Shown here: positions 17,309 to 26,994 of the stretch, one piece after another
How the letters are laid out: every line of letters begins with the position of its first letter
Numbering within the stretch: position 1 is the stretch's first letter
Source: Planctomycetota bacterium
GTDB taxonomy: Bacteria; Planctomycetota; GCA-002687715; DRQF01
Assembly: GCA_027001995.1 (NCBI GenBank)
Contig: JALTLO010000153.1
Location: 1 to 39,174 of the forward strand
Direction of reading: 5' to 3'
Length of the DNA stretch: 39,174 nt
Notes under the pieces: generated by a model
Database searches by the model: none
Told to the model about the DNA's origin: nothing
Seen by the model: only the letters and a program-made list of their open reading frames with translations
Translations under genes and position numbers: made by a program

Positions 17309-18052
17309 TCATTTAAGGAACTTCTTGAGTTCATCCTTGGACAAGATGCGTCGAAGAGCCTCTCTCTTGCTCAGGACACTCAACTCATCTCTGTGCTGAG
17401 TGACGAACCGAAGGACTGCTTTGGGATCGGTTTTTGAGAACTCCCGCAGAGCCCAACCGATTCCCTTGCGCAAGAAAAACTCTTGATCACTCATGGAACC
17501 ACGAATGTTGGCAAAGAACAAGTCAACATTCGTTCTCTCCTTCGCTTTGATCTGACAAATGATCGCACTTCGGCGTTTCCAAAAGTTCTTGGCCTTGCCC
17601 CATGCCAACATTTTCTTGGTCATCACTGAAGGATGAGCCAAGAGAATTTCGCCCAGACGATGGGGGGCTATGGCATCAACAAAATCCCACCACGCTCCCG
17701 TCGTGATAAGCTCTTCGTAAAAGGGCAGTAGATCCGGGGACTGGAATGCGTCGTAGCATCGTTGCCTGGTCAAATCGATGGCCGCATGTCTTTCCTCTCG
17801 ATACTTGGCATTGCGCCACAAGACTTCGATTGTTGAGACAAAGTCCTCGAGGGAATCAAGAGGATGGTCACCATTGCACTCTTTGACGATTCTCCGCATC
17901 ACCGGGGTTTTCACCCCATAGTTCGGCATTTCTGATTTCATGTAGGCCTGCATAATAGAAGCATCATCCTTATTAGCATGGGCCTGAAGACCATTTTGGA
18001 TTGCTCGAATCAGCTTCCTGCGCACAGTTCCTGGCTTAATCGTCGCCCTCAT
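17309..18052 (-). CDS. DNA alkylation repair protein (AlkD-like HEAT-repeat glycosylase)
   Basis: MQAYMKS, YGVKTP, YREER, WWDFVD, W.RRSAI and EFFLRKGIGWALRE..K. Confidence 0.9.
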   Translation of the reverse strand: MRATIKPGTVRRKLIRAIQNGLQAHANKDDASIMQAYMKSEMPNYGVKTPVMRRIVKECNGDHPLDSLEDFVSTIEVLWRNAKYREERHAAIDLTRQRCYDAFQSPDLLPFYEELITTGAWWDFVDAIAPHRLGEILLAHPSVMTKKMLAWGKAKNFWKRRSAIICQIKAKERTNVDLFFANIRGSMSDQEFFLRKGIGWALREFSKTDPKAVLRFVTQHRDELSVLSKREALRRILSKDELKKFLK

Positions 18053-18079
18053 TCGTCCCCACCTGCACAGGATGTTGGG

Positions 18080-19393
18080 CTAAGCGCCCGCAGTAAATTC
18101 GTCACTTAATTCTTGATCTTCACTTGTGTCTTCTAAACGAGGAATCGGTGCTTCCATAACGCTCCAGGCGTCACGCCCAGCCGCTTTCGCTTTGTAAAGG
18201 GACTCATCTGCCCGCACGATCAGCTCTTCCAAATCAGTTTCGCCCAGGCGGTAGATAGCACCGCCAACACAGATCGATATTTTCTTCTTGGTGGATCCCA
18301 AGTCGAGAGGCATGTCAAACGACATACGAAGGCGTTCCGCAATCATTTCGGCCTCCCGGTGATCACAGTCCGGTAGGACAACCAAGAATTCATCGCCGCC
18401 ATAGCGTCCCACAGCATCATAAACACGCACATTGCGCCGCAACCTTGTGGCCGCTTGTTTGATGACGGAATCGCCCACGGGGTGACCATAGCGATCGTTG
18501 ACTTCTTTGAAGTGGTCCATATCGATCAAGAAAATCGCCAAAGGATGGCCAACCCGCTTCGCACGATTCAGTTCTTTCGCAGCAAGAGCCAAGATCGCCG
18601 CTCGATTCAGTCCATGAGTCAAAGGATCATGTGTGGCACGAAAACGCAGGGAGGCCACTTTCTCTTTGGCGCGATTGCTTCTTTCCATGAGCAAGAGGGT
18701 CACACAGCAAAGCACCAATGCCCCAGCAACCAAGAAGGTGAGAATGTTCGTTTGCCGATCCAGTTGTTCTCGGCTTAGCATCTCATCGCTGTGCACCACC
18801 GAGATAAAAGAATCCAAGTTGGCAAGCAGTCTTAAGAGTTGATCTTTGGTTGCATTGTCATGTTCAAGGGAGGCCAAAATCAAGATCCCTTGAGCAAGAG
18901 CTCGGTCAGAGAGCCGTAGAGGCTTAGACTCCGTTCGCGGCAATGCACGAAACTTGTCCCGCAGATAAATCATTTCGATCGCTAAGATCGCCCGGTCATT
19001 CTCCTGCGCCAAGTTGTCGCCTATTCGAAGACGACTCCGCAAGACTTGATCATGCCACGTCGATTCAAGTTCAGCTTGGGCTCGCTGGGGCTGGAGCTCC
19101 CAAACAGCAAAAACCGAGAACATCGCAAACAGGACAATGCTGAAAACAACAACAATGCGTGCAATCAAAAGTCCTTTTGGCAGAGGTAAATACTCGGGAA
19201 GCCGCGCACGGATTTCCTGCCACGCTTGTCCAGCGCGGTTCTTGCGAGAAAGAAATCCGCCATTCGACTGCGGCGACTCTTCGGATGGCAACTGCTGCAA
19301 AGGCATGTAAACGGTCCGTAACTCTTCCCAGATGGCTTCCGTTCTGCTTGTTACCTCCCTGTTGGCCCAAGGAGTCGGGAATCCCGGTGACAA
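18080..19393 (-). CDS. Membrane-anchored diguanylate cyclase (two TM helices, periplasmic sensor, GGDEF)
   Basis: HDPLTHGLNR, DMDHFKEVNDRYGH..GD and RVYD...RYGGDEF (RxxD I-site plus active site). Start uncertain (19393 or ATG 19306). Confidence 0.92.
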   Translation of the reverse strand: MSPGFPTPWANREVTSRTEAIWEELRTVYMPLQQLPSEESPQSNGGFLSRKNRAGQAWQEIRARLPEYLPLPKGLLIARIVVVFSIVLFAMFSVFAVWELQPQRAQAELESTWHDQVLRSRLRIGDNLAQENDRAILAIEMIYLRDKFRALPRTESKPLRLSDRALAQGILILASLEHDNATKDQLLRLLANLDSFISVVHSDEMLSREQLDRQTNILTFLVAGALVLCCVTLLLMERSNRAKEKVASLRFRATHDPLTHGLNRAAILALAAKELNRAKRVGHPLAIFLIDMDHFKEVNDRYGHPVGDSVIKQAATRLRRNVRVYDAVGRYGGDEFLVVLPDCDHREAEMIAERLRMSFDMPLDLGSTKKKISICVGGAIYRLGETDLEELIVRADESLYKAKAAGRDAWSVMEAPIPRLEDTSEDQELSDEFTAGA

Positions 19394-19399
19394 GAAGAA

Positions 19400-19432
19400 C
19401 AGTCATTCCTCAGTCATTCCTCACTCATTCTT
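19400..19432. repeat. 11-bp tandem repeat, 3 copies
   Basis: CAGTCATTCCT CAGTCATTCCT CACTCATTCTT. Confidence 0.85.
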
Positions 19433-19499
19433 CCGCCAACCCCCAGACATGCGGAGTAAGGACGAGATATGAGCCTATCCAGTCTAAGACCCTCGGGGG

Positions 19500-21659
19500 T
19501 CACCGGGGCCGAATGCGAGCCACTTGGCCCGTCTTGGCCCGTCCATCGACGAAAACCGCTGATCTACCGGAATATGCTCGCATCACCCGGGCATTCCCGG
19601 CGATGCCCAGGTCGCGGACAAAAATGGGAGAATCTTTTCGAATGGGAAAAGTGTTGAGAAGAAAAGCGCAGCCGTAGTCCACTTCTTGAGGTGTATCAAC
19701 GAAAACCACGGAAGAGCCGAAAACCCCGGCCTCCATCATCCGCCGATAGTCGGAATGGAAACCCCGATAATCGTGGTACTTAGCGACACAACGCCAAGAT
19801 ACGAAAACCAGCAAAGATATAAGCGCCATAGTCGAAACAAGTGCCCACATCCGGGCTGCGGCGGCTTCGTCGTTTTCTTCTAGAGTTTCCACCAGGGCAG
19901 TCAGGCCACGGCCCGAAAGCCACAACACAGGCAAAAACATCGAGAACCAATATCGTGGTCCAAAGTCAGGTCCACCACTAAACCAATAGAGATTGTAACC
20001 CAGTGCCAGAACTACAACACTCACCAAAGCCACTCGATCGAGAACCGCAGGCTTCCGCCGAAGCAGAAAGAAGAGAGCCAACAAGATAAGTGAGCCGCTT
20101 GGCCAACCAAACAACTCTAAGTTCATGTTGGCCAAGTTTTGATTGCTATTGAGCAAAACGTCTTGCCAACTGTGGCCAGGAATCGGGTCGAGCAACCCCC
20201 ACTTTTCTGGGGGGTTGCCTACTTCAGAGCCAAATCCCAAACGATTGCTACTATGAGGCCAACGCTCTGCAATATAGGTATTGGTCGGTGTCGAGAAGTA
20301 GTCCCCTGTGATCGACTCGTTGAACACCAGAAGAATCGAAGAGATCAGAATTGCCGCTGCACTGAACGAAAGAGGTAAGAGCAGACGCTTTCGGCGGTTC
20401 TGCCAACTCTTCCACAGTAAAAAGAAACCAGCGCCTCCTCCTAAGAGGAGGCCATCCAAAGGACGAATCAGAAAAACAACACCAAAGCAGAGCCCACCGA
20501 AAAATGCCATGTCACTTCGACAACGATCCTGGGCGGTCCAAACTGCCAGCAAGCCCCCCAAGAAAAACACCATGGTCGCCATATGGGTCATATGCGATGC
20601 ACCCAAAAAAAGAAACCAAGGTGAAATGGCCAGCAGCAGGCAAAGAAGATTCGCCCAACCAACAGTGGCTATACGCCTCAAGAATCTATGGCTCAAGAGA
20701 AGCGCGAGAGCTGCCAGGATTGGATTCACCAACCATGCTAACCCCATTGATTCTCCCAGGGCCAAGATCATCGGCCAACCCGGATTCGTAATGCTAAAAC
20801 TGATGCCGTCCCGATGATCAATCAAGTAGAGCTCGAAAGACTCGGAAGCTGGCAACTCTTCCAAAACAAACGATCCCGCGGCAATGCACTTCGCTTGAAA
20901 AATATAGGCCAAACCATCGGGAATGTGGGGCAATCGGTCGAAAGCAAAAAGGGCCAACCCAGCCGTCGTTAGGAAAACAAAGATACCCAAAAGGGAAGAA
21001 ACCATAGGGTCCCAACTGCCCTCCCTTTCTGACCATGGAAAAGAAAACCGGGCAGCCAGTGTGGCTGAGGCATTCGCAGCCCAGCCCCCATCAAGAGCCA
21101 AGTAGAAAAGGATGAGGTTGCCAATAACAGACGCAGCCATCACCACGCTTGCCAACATCTGGGCCACAAAGTGAAGCTGAAAACTTCGCTCGTGCAAGTG
21201 CGGATAAAAAAGAGTGAACTGGGCGCCAGCCACCAAGAGAAAAATCGCCCCTACGATGATGGTTTGGGGTCTGCGAACAAAACGAAAAACTCCGGGGCAA
21301 TCACCTCGTCGTCTCCACAGACCAAAAACCACGAAGAACGAGTGAAGAACAATCACAAGTAAAGCAAGGCGATGCCCCCAATCGCGAAAATTGTGGGGTC
21401 GAAGATAAAATTCATTCAGCCACAGAGGCTTAGTCAACGTCAACCAAGCACAACTTGAGACGATGAGTGCAGAGGCCGACAAAGCTGCCTCGCATCCCCA
21501 GGTTTTGCACTTGGAAAGGGGCAAAATGGCCACCCCCAGCATGGATAACCACCAACCCTCGAGAGTCAGCCCCCCTCCCCCAACAGGCTCAACAGAAACA
21601 AAGAATCCTGACACAAAAAGCAGCAAGGCGACCGGCAGAGATAAGGCAGCGATTATCAT
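19500..21659 (-). CDS. GT-C (GT39/ArnT/PMT-like) membrane glycosyltransferase with N-terminal multi-TM extension
   Basis: PH..D..AYIFQA, PGWP..LALG, NP, IRP.DG and GPRYW, with many TM helices. Start is ATG 21659 (ATGA overlap with the GMC stop). Confidence 0.82.
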   Translation of the reverse strand: MIIAALSLPVALLLFVSGFFVSVEPVGGGGLTLEGWWLSMLGVAILPLSKCKTWGCEAALSASALIVSSCAWLTLTKPLWLNEFYLRPHNFRDWGHRLALLVIVLHSFFVVFGLWRRRGDCPGVFRFVRRPQTIIVGAIFLLVAGAQFTLFYPHLHERSFQLHFVAQMLASVVMAASVIGNLILFYLALDGGWAANASATLAARFSFPWSEREGSWDPMVSSLLGIFVFLTTAGLALFAFDRLPHIPDGLAYIFQAKCIAAGSFVLEELPASESFELYLIDHRDGISFSITNPGWPMILALGESMGLAWLVNPILAALALLLSHRFLRRIATVGWANLLCLLLAISPWFLFLGASHMTHMATMVFFLGGLLAVWTAQDRCRSDMAFFGGLCFGVVFLIRPLDGLLLGGGAGFFLLWKSWQNRRKRLLLPLSFSAAAILISSILLVFNESITGDYFSTPTNTYIAERWPHSSNRLGFGSEVGNPPEKWGLLDPIPGHSWQDVLLNSNQNLANMNLELFGWPSGSLILLALFFLLRRKPAVLDRVALVSVVVLALGYNLYWFSGGPDFGPRYWFSMFLPVLWLSGRGLTALVETLEENDEAAAARMWALVSTMALISLLVFVSWRCVAKYHDYRGFHSDYRRMMEAGVFGSSVVFVDTPQEVDYGCAFLLNTFPIRKDSPIFVRDLGIAGNARVMRAYSGRSAVFVDGRAKTGQVARIRPR

Positions 21660-23260
21660 GAAAAAGCGACCTCCCCGATACGCGCGGCATTGGCCATTAA
21701 GGTGAACGTCAAATTCTTGGCTGGCAAGGCAGGAAGCCCAGAGCCGTCCACGATCCACAGGTTCTCGAAAGTTCGAGAACGTCCATTTTGATCAAGAGTC
21801 CAGGGACCGCCCTTGGTTGTCATGGGCAAAGTGCCAGCGTAATGTACGCTGGCCCCCATGGGCCTCATGTGGCTCATCCCCTTCGGCGCCAAACAACCCA
21901 AACGTCTCAAGATCTTGCGAAACTTCTTAGAGACTGTCGCTACACGCTTCGCCTCAGAGGGATCTGGTCGATAGTGAATCATGAGCCGATCTTGCTCACC
22001 TGAAGTATCGAGGCCAACACGGTTTTCCTTCCGGGGATGATCAGAGAAGTTGATGTTGACCAAGCCCAAGGCTGTATGCATCTCCCGGAAGAACTTGGCG
22101 GAAGTGCCTAAAGAGAATGGTAGGTTCTGAACCACAGGGTGGATCAGAGCACTCTTCAATGTTGTCACTAAACCATGAACGTAGTCCATAGGATCACCCA
22201 GATTCAACCCCATGGCCAACTGATGATACTGATAGTTTTCAACTTCCCACTTCTTGCCGAGCATTCCCAAGCTCACAAAAGGCATCAAAACTTGGCGATT
22301 GTCCATGAGGCCCATGAACTCAGGCACCTCTTCTCCGTCCTCGCCAATGGTTTTCAAGACGATCCTGGCGGTCTCCAAAGTGCCTGCTGCCAAGACCAAT
22401 TTGTCGCAAGAGATTTCGCGCTGAGCGCCGTCCTTGAGAGAATAGGCCACGACTCCAATGATTTTCGAGTTCCCCACCCGACAATGACTCACCTTGAGAT
22501 CAGGCTCATAGGAAAAATTTGGATTTGCCAACAAATCTCTGAGTGTCCAACTGGGGGTGTAGAGAGCCCCAAGAGGGCAACCCCAAAGGCAGCGGTCGAG
22601 CTTTCTGCAACCTGAACGTTCGCCTCTGTCTTGAGTCAACACCGCCAATCTAGCCCGCCCCATGGTAAAGGCGTCTTGGGCGAACTTGGATTTCTTAGCT
22701 TGATAGCGCGCCAAGAGATGAGATCCATGAGCATCTAAGTCGACGGGCTCTTCGATGCCATCATGAAATGGCAAGATGGGACTTAAATCGTCCAAGCGTC
22801 CAGACAGGCCGATATTGCGGGCCACATCCACATAGTGAGGTTCTAAGTCGGCATAAGCGAAAGGAAAGTCTGCTAACTCAGCATCATTGAAAGGATAGGA
22901 GCCACCCGTCCAAGCTTCTGCCAAGCCACCCCGAGCGTAAGAGAAAAGAGGATCAAATCCCGTACTTGCCTGAGGCCGTGGCAGAGGGTCGGCAAAGACA
23001 AATTCCTTGCTCGGCGGGAATCCGTAGTACTCTTCCTGGTTATCAGGAAGAATGAGAGCTTCGTTCTTCTTCCCCAAGAAATAGTCATGGGGTTTGCTAA
23101 GTCGCTCTTTGAGTTGGAGAAAATTGGCATCCGGGAGGAGGGGCTCAGGTTTAGCAACACCCACATCAATCATGTGAACTTTGCGCCCGAGGGCGAGAGC
23201 CTTGCGAGCAAAATGCACACCACTGGCACCAGACCCAACAACAAGCACGTCCGCCGTCAT
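21656..23260 (-). CDS. GMC family FAD oxidoreductase
   Basis: VVGSGASG, GG...W.G, CRKLDRCLWGCP, LAAGTLET, HYAGT and VDGS..P...N.TFTLMANA.RI. Start is ATG 23260 (ATGA overlap). Confidence 0.92.
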   Translation of the reverse strand: MTADVLVVGSGASGVHFARKALALGRKVHMIDVGVAKPEPLLPDANFLQLKERLSKPHDYFLGKKNEALILPDNQEEYYGFPPSKEFVFADPLPRPQASTGFDPLFSYARGGLAEAWTGGSYPFNDAELADFPFAYADLEPHYVDVARNIGLSGRLDDLSPILPFHDGIEEPVDLDAHGSHLLARYQAKKSKFAQDAFTMGRARLAVLTQDRGERSGCRKLDRCLWGCPLGALYTPSWTLRDLLANPNFSYEPDLKVSHCRVGNSKIIGVVAYSLKDGAQREISCDKLVLAAGTLETARIVLKTIGEDGEEVPEFMGLMDNRQVLMPFVSLGMLGKKWEVENYQYHQLAMGLNLGDPMDYVHGLVTTLKSALIHPVVQNLPFSLGTSAKFFREMHTALGLVNINFSDHPRKENRVGLDTSGEQDRLMIHYRPDPSEAKRVATVSKKFRKILRRLGCLAPKGMSHMRPMGASVHYAGTLPMTTKGGPWTLDQNGRSRTFENLWIVDGSGLPALPAKNLTFTLMANAARIGEVAFS

Positions 23261-23688
23261 GAGCGGGCTCCCATAAGATGAATGGGCCCGAATATGAAAA
23301 GCCCCAGCCCCACGGCAAGAGCCTCTTGTATGCCCCATCCCAGAAAACACAACCACGCCCTCAAAGGACCAAAATCACGACTCTCATCGAGAATCGTAAA
23401 GGCCTGGGAGTCGGCCTCGAGAAAGGCGAGCAATGCCACCTCTCGCCGGCGCAAGACGGATGTACGAAAGAATCGTCCGGCATAAGCCGATGCTATCCAA
23501 GCACCAAAACGACTGCCGGTGGCAAAGAACAAAAGTGCTCGGTCAAGACTGCCCTGGGGAGAAGGTTGTTTCGCCCGCCATGGGGCGTAACGTTCCCAGA
23601 CGGCTTCAGAGGGTCGAAGAACGCCGTAGCGGGCCGCCAATAGTAGAAACTCTCTATGGTAATCACGGCCATCGGTTTGGGACAACAA
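23257..23688 (-). CDS. Hypothetical protein with C-terminal hydrophobic helix, coupled to the GMC gene
   Basis: GAGGT RBS before a TTG start; its stop overlaps the GMC ATG. Confidence 0.7.
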   Translation of the reverse strand: MLSQTDGRDYHREFLLLAARYGVLRPSEAVWERYAPWRAKQPSPQGSLDRALLFFATGSRFGAWIASAYAGRFFRTSVLRRREVALLAFLEADSQAFTILDESRDFGPLRAWLCFLGWGIQEALAVGLGLFIFGPIHLMGARS

Positions 23689-23852
23689 ACAGACCTCATC
23701 TAAGAAATCATCAGCAGGAGCAAACGAAAAGGTTCGTCTGATCCCTCAGGGCCAGAATCATAACTTATTGGGTCCAGATGTGAAATTGGGGCTCGCTCAC
23801 ATGAGCCAAAGAAATGCCCTGCCACTCTGATCTCAGGAAAAGGGAGGAAAGG

Positions 23853-26528
23853 TCATGGCTTCAAGCGTCGAATGACATCATCAACATCGTCTTGGGACAA
23901 TGACAACTTAAACAACTGAGGGCCTATCTTGTCTAAGACATGGACGAACGGTGGCGACACGGGAACACGCACTGTCTTGCCGCGGTTGCCCACATGAGCG
24001 ATTCGCGCCGACATGGAGAACCGGCCAGGAGAATGAAAAGGTTCCCTGTGCCGCGGCCCCATGTTTCTAAGCCAAAATGGTCCCGTTCCTAAATTCGGGT
24101 CGACATAGAAGTTGACTTCATACCCTTCAGGAAGAATCTCCGGATTCACGAACTCGAACGTCACAGGAAGTCCCGGTTTCATCCGCAATTCTACCTTGCC
24201 AGACGTCACGTTCTTCATGACGGTTTGACGATATCCCGCTGTGGTCAGGTGAAGGTCACAAACTGGAATTGGGATGTAAAGTGTTTCCTTGTTTTTCGTC
24301 AGAACAAAGCGGGTGACTTCTTTCGCCGTTCCTGGCTCACAAACCGAGATGAGCAGGCCGACCTTGATCTTCGGGGGATCCACCGTCACCAAATCCAGCC
24401 TAGCACCTGCAAACTTAATGCGCACCTCATTTAGGTCGAGGTGCTGACCGTCTACCAAACTCAGAGGCAGATCTAACAACAGATTCGACCGCGACTCATG
24501 GGGGGCCACCACCAGGCGATAGTCTCCAGGCCTCAAGTCCCTGGCAACAAATTCCCCGTCTTTCGCTACCTGCACCTTGATCGACTTCAGTTTCGTTTCT
24601 CCTAGGGCCAACAAACGTACCACAAGGCCAGAAGAAGATAGACCGTTCGAGAAGACTATACGCCCCCTCAGCAAGGCTGGCTTGGGAAGAGTTAGGATAA
24701 GATCCGAAGTGGGCTGTTGGACCACCACTTGCTTATCCAAATATTTCTGTGCGAAAGACTTCAACGACAAAGAGTTACTCCCGAAGGAGCCATAAATCGC
24801 AAACGCCCCATCACGCCGGGTCCTGATCCTGCGGATCTCTGTGGCGAAAAGACTCGGTTCTCCCCCAGAATCCTGCCCATCGAATTCTGCGTGAAACCTG
24901 GCGCGATAGATAGGGCCCCCATGGACGTCCACCACTCTGCCGCTCACGAGCAACTCCGCTTCATCAAGAGTCACGATACCCAGATCAACGTCATCTTGGC
25001 GACCAAGCTGAGCTATTCGAAGGCGTTTGAGCAAAGGACCCAGGCCCTTTCTTCCTGCAGTGGTCATTTTCAAGTGCCGCGCGAAGAATGGGCTTCTCTT
25101 CGAATACGCTTGAAGATCGACTTCGAATCGTCCTTCACCGTCCGTGCTAGTCCTGTAGTAGTCCGACCCCGAGCTCCGAGATTGATTTCTATTGCCTGAG
25201 GTTGTGGCGTAAATCGTCGTCATCCGAAGGCGCAACTTTTGCTTCTTAAGGAATTGGCCATCGGGGGTGCGCAATTGACCGCGCAGGACGGGAGCCTTCC
25301 ATGTGAAACGGAAGGTTCGGCGGGCAATGGATCTCGGGAGCGCCGGGCCCTCGAACACTTGCGTCATAGGTTTATTGCGAATCATCTCCCCCATCACCGT
25401 AACGTCGTATCGCAGCCCGCAGGGCAGCTTAGGCCAAAAGACTTTGCCGGTTGTTGTTTCCTGCGAAACAATAGCCCGTCGGGTGGCGAAAAAGCTCGTG
25501 AGCTTCTGTCCATCCTGATGAATAGCTATGAGGACTTTTAGCGGTTTCTCGCAGGGAGAGCCGTCAACATTCTGGATGGCAACCTCAAAACCACCGTAGC
25601 CTGGTAGCTCAAGCTCGACCACACCTTGAGGCGGCTCTTTTGGGTCGAACTTGGCCGTTTTCGCCGATTGCAAGAATCCCTCGATGCCCAAACGCAACTG
25701 AGCCCGCAACCGGTGTCGTGTTGCCCCAAGTATGAGGTACTCAGGAACTCGCAAATGAGCTAACCCCTTCTCATTTGTCACACCAAAGGACAAGGGACTG
25801 TGCCAGGTTTCGCCTCCATTCATGCCACCGAAATAACGCACAAACAGCTGCACTTTCGTCTCCGGCACAAGGTGACCTTGAGGATTCACGACTCGGGCTC
25901 TCACATCGATCGCCGGCGACAAAGATAAAATGAGGCGCAAGGGCAACGGCGCTTCTGCACTCAGATAATAAATGCGATCTTTCGTCATACCCGCGATCAT
26001 GACTTCTCCGGACAAATCAGGAACCCTGACCTGCCCGTTCTTGTCAGTTCGAAAATGGCGACCATGTTTGGAGAAGAAATCAAATGGGTCCTGCCTAACC
26101 TTCTCTTCGCCATCGTGGTTGTCATATTCATCTTGAGACAAAACCGTAACGACGGCATCAGGGATTCCCGTCCCAGTCTTTTTGCCAACCACCCACATCA
26201 CAGTGCTATTGTCCGCCGTCAAAGTCGAATCATTGGCGAATCGAAACTGGGGCAAGTCGGAGTAGTTTTCCTTGCCCCCCTCGGCCACTTCCGCGCTTTT
26301 CCGAGGGATAGAGGAATAGCGTCTTACTTCAGTGGAATTCCCAGGATCTTCCGTCGTTATGGCAACTTCATCGATCTCTTCAACAACGCCATCATCAATG
26401 AGGCAATAGAATGCCCCGCTCAAGGCCAACAAGAGGAGGACCACCGCAACGAGGGATCTATTCACAGCAAAGAAACCTACCTGGTTTGAGGAAAATGCCC
26501 AGGGTTCAAGAATGAGCCCTTTTACCAT
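23853..26528 (-). CDS. Membrane-anchored protein with repeated carboxypeptidase-regulatory-like (prealbumin-fold) domains
   Basis: N-terminal TM and repeated G.V.d..G.P / TD..G.F units (TDKNGQV, TNEKGLA, TDGEGRF, SGRVVDVHGGPI, TRRDGAF, DLRPGDYRL). Confidence 0.8.
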   Translation of the reverse strand: MVKGLILEPWAFSSNQVGFFAVNRSLVAVVLLLLALSGAFYCLIDDGVVEEIDEVAITTEDPGNSTEVRRYSSIPRKSAEVAEGGKENYSDLPQFRFANDSTLTADNSTVMWVVGKKTGTGIPDAVVTVLSQDEYDNHDGEEKVRQDPFDFFSKHGRHFRTDKNGQVRVPDLSGEVMIAGMTKDRIYYLSAEAPLPLRLILSLSPAIDVRARVVNPQGHLVPETKVQLFVRYFGGMNGGETWHSPLSFGVTNEKGLAHLRVPEYLILGATRHRLRAQLRLGIEGFLQSAKTAKFDPKEPPQGVVELELPGYGGFEVAIQNVDGSPCEKPLKVLIAIHQDGQKLTSFFATRRAIVSQETTTGKVFWPKLPCGLRYDVTVMGEMIRNKPMTQVFEGPALPRSIARRTFRFTWKAPVLRGQLRTPDGQFLKKQKLRLRMTTIYATTSGNRNQSRSSGSDYYRTSTDGEGRFEVDLQAYSKRSPFFARHLKMTTAGRKGLGPLLKRLRIAQLGRQDDVDLGIVTLDEAELLVSGRVVDVHGGPIYRARFHAEFDGQDSGGEPSLFATEIRRIRTRRDGAFAIYGSFGSNSLSLKSFAQKYLDKQVVVQQPTSDLILTLPKPALLRGRIVFSNGLSSSGLVVRLLALGETKLKSIKVQVAKDGEFVARDLRPGDYRLVVAPHESRSNLLLDLPLSLVDGQHLDLNEVRIKFAGARLDLVTVDPPKIKVGLLISVCEPGTAKEVTRFVLTKNKETLYIPIPVCDLHLTTAGYRQTVMKNVTSGKVELRMKPGLPVTFEFVNPEILPEGYEVNFYVDPNLGTGPFWLRNMGPRHREPFHSPGRFSMSARIAHVGNRGKTVRVPVSPPFVHVLDKIGPQLFKLSLSQDDVDDVIRRLKP

Positions 26529-26994
26529 TTCTCCAAAAGCTATCCAATTCTACGAGACCTACTCGAACAAATTGCCTTGAGGGAAGCCCCCTGCCTGAGC
26601 CTTAGTCTTGCCCCAAGTTGGTGGACGCCAACATAAGATAAACTTGGTCTTCGACTTTAGTCTTGTCTTTGGCGAATTACAAGTGATTTGAGATCCCAAG
26701 CTCGAGTGCTCAAGGCCTTTGACCTGAGCCCGATCATTCACGACCTCCCGTTCGCCAGGGACGGCATAGCGCCTAACTCTGTTTCGGTCGCCTCTCACGA
26801 CCACATGGTCGCATTAACGAGGAGAAGATCTCACAGATGACCCACGTGAGGTCGCAATCCTGGTTATGACTACGAACACTCTGCCACCCCTGGCTGTGTT
26901 GTGTTTTGAAAAGAAGTCCTAAGCATCGTTGTTCTTAAACTCCTTTGCGGGGCATTTTCTCACACAACGACCACGATCCCATAAATGAGTCGGG

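Noticed and set aside
26771..26870. Possible integron attC site (GCCTAAC ... GTTATGA)
   Set aside because: R and L box complementarity is poor, there is no cassette ORF in the right orientation, and no second site or integrase.
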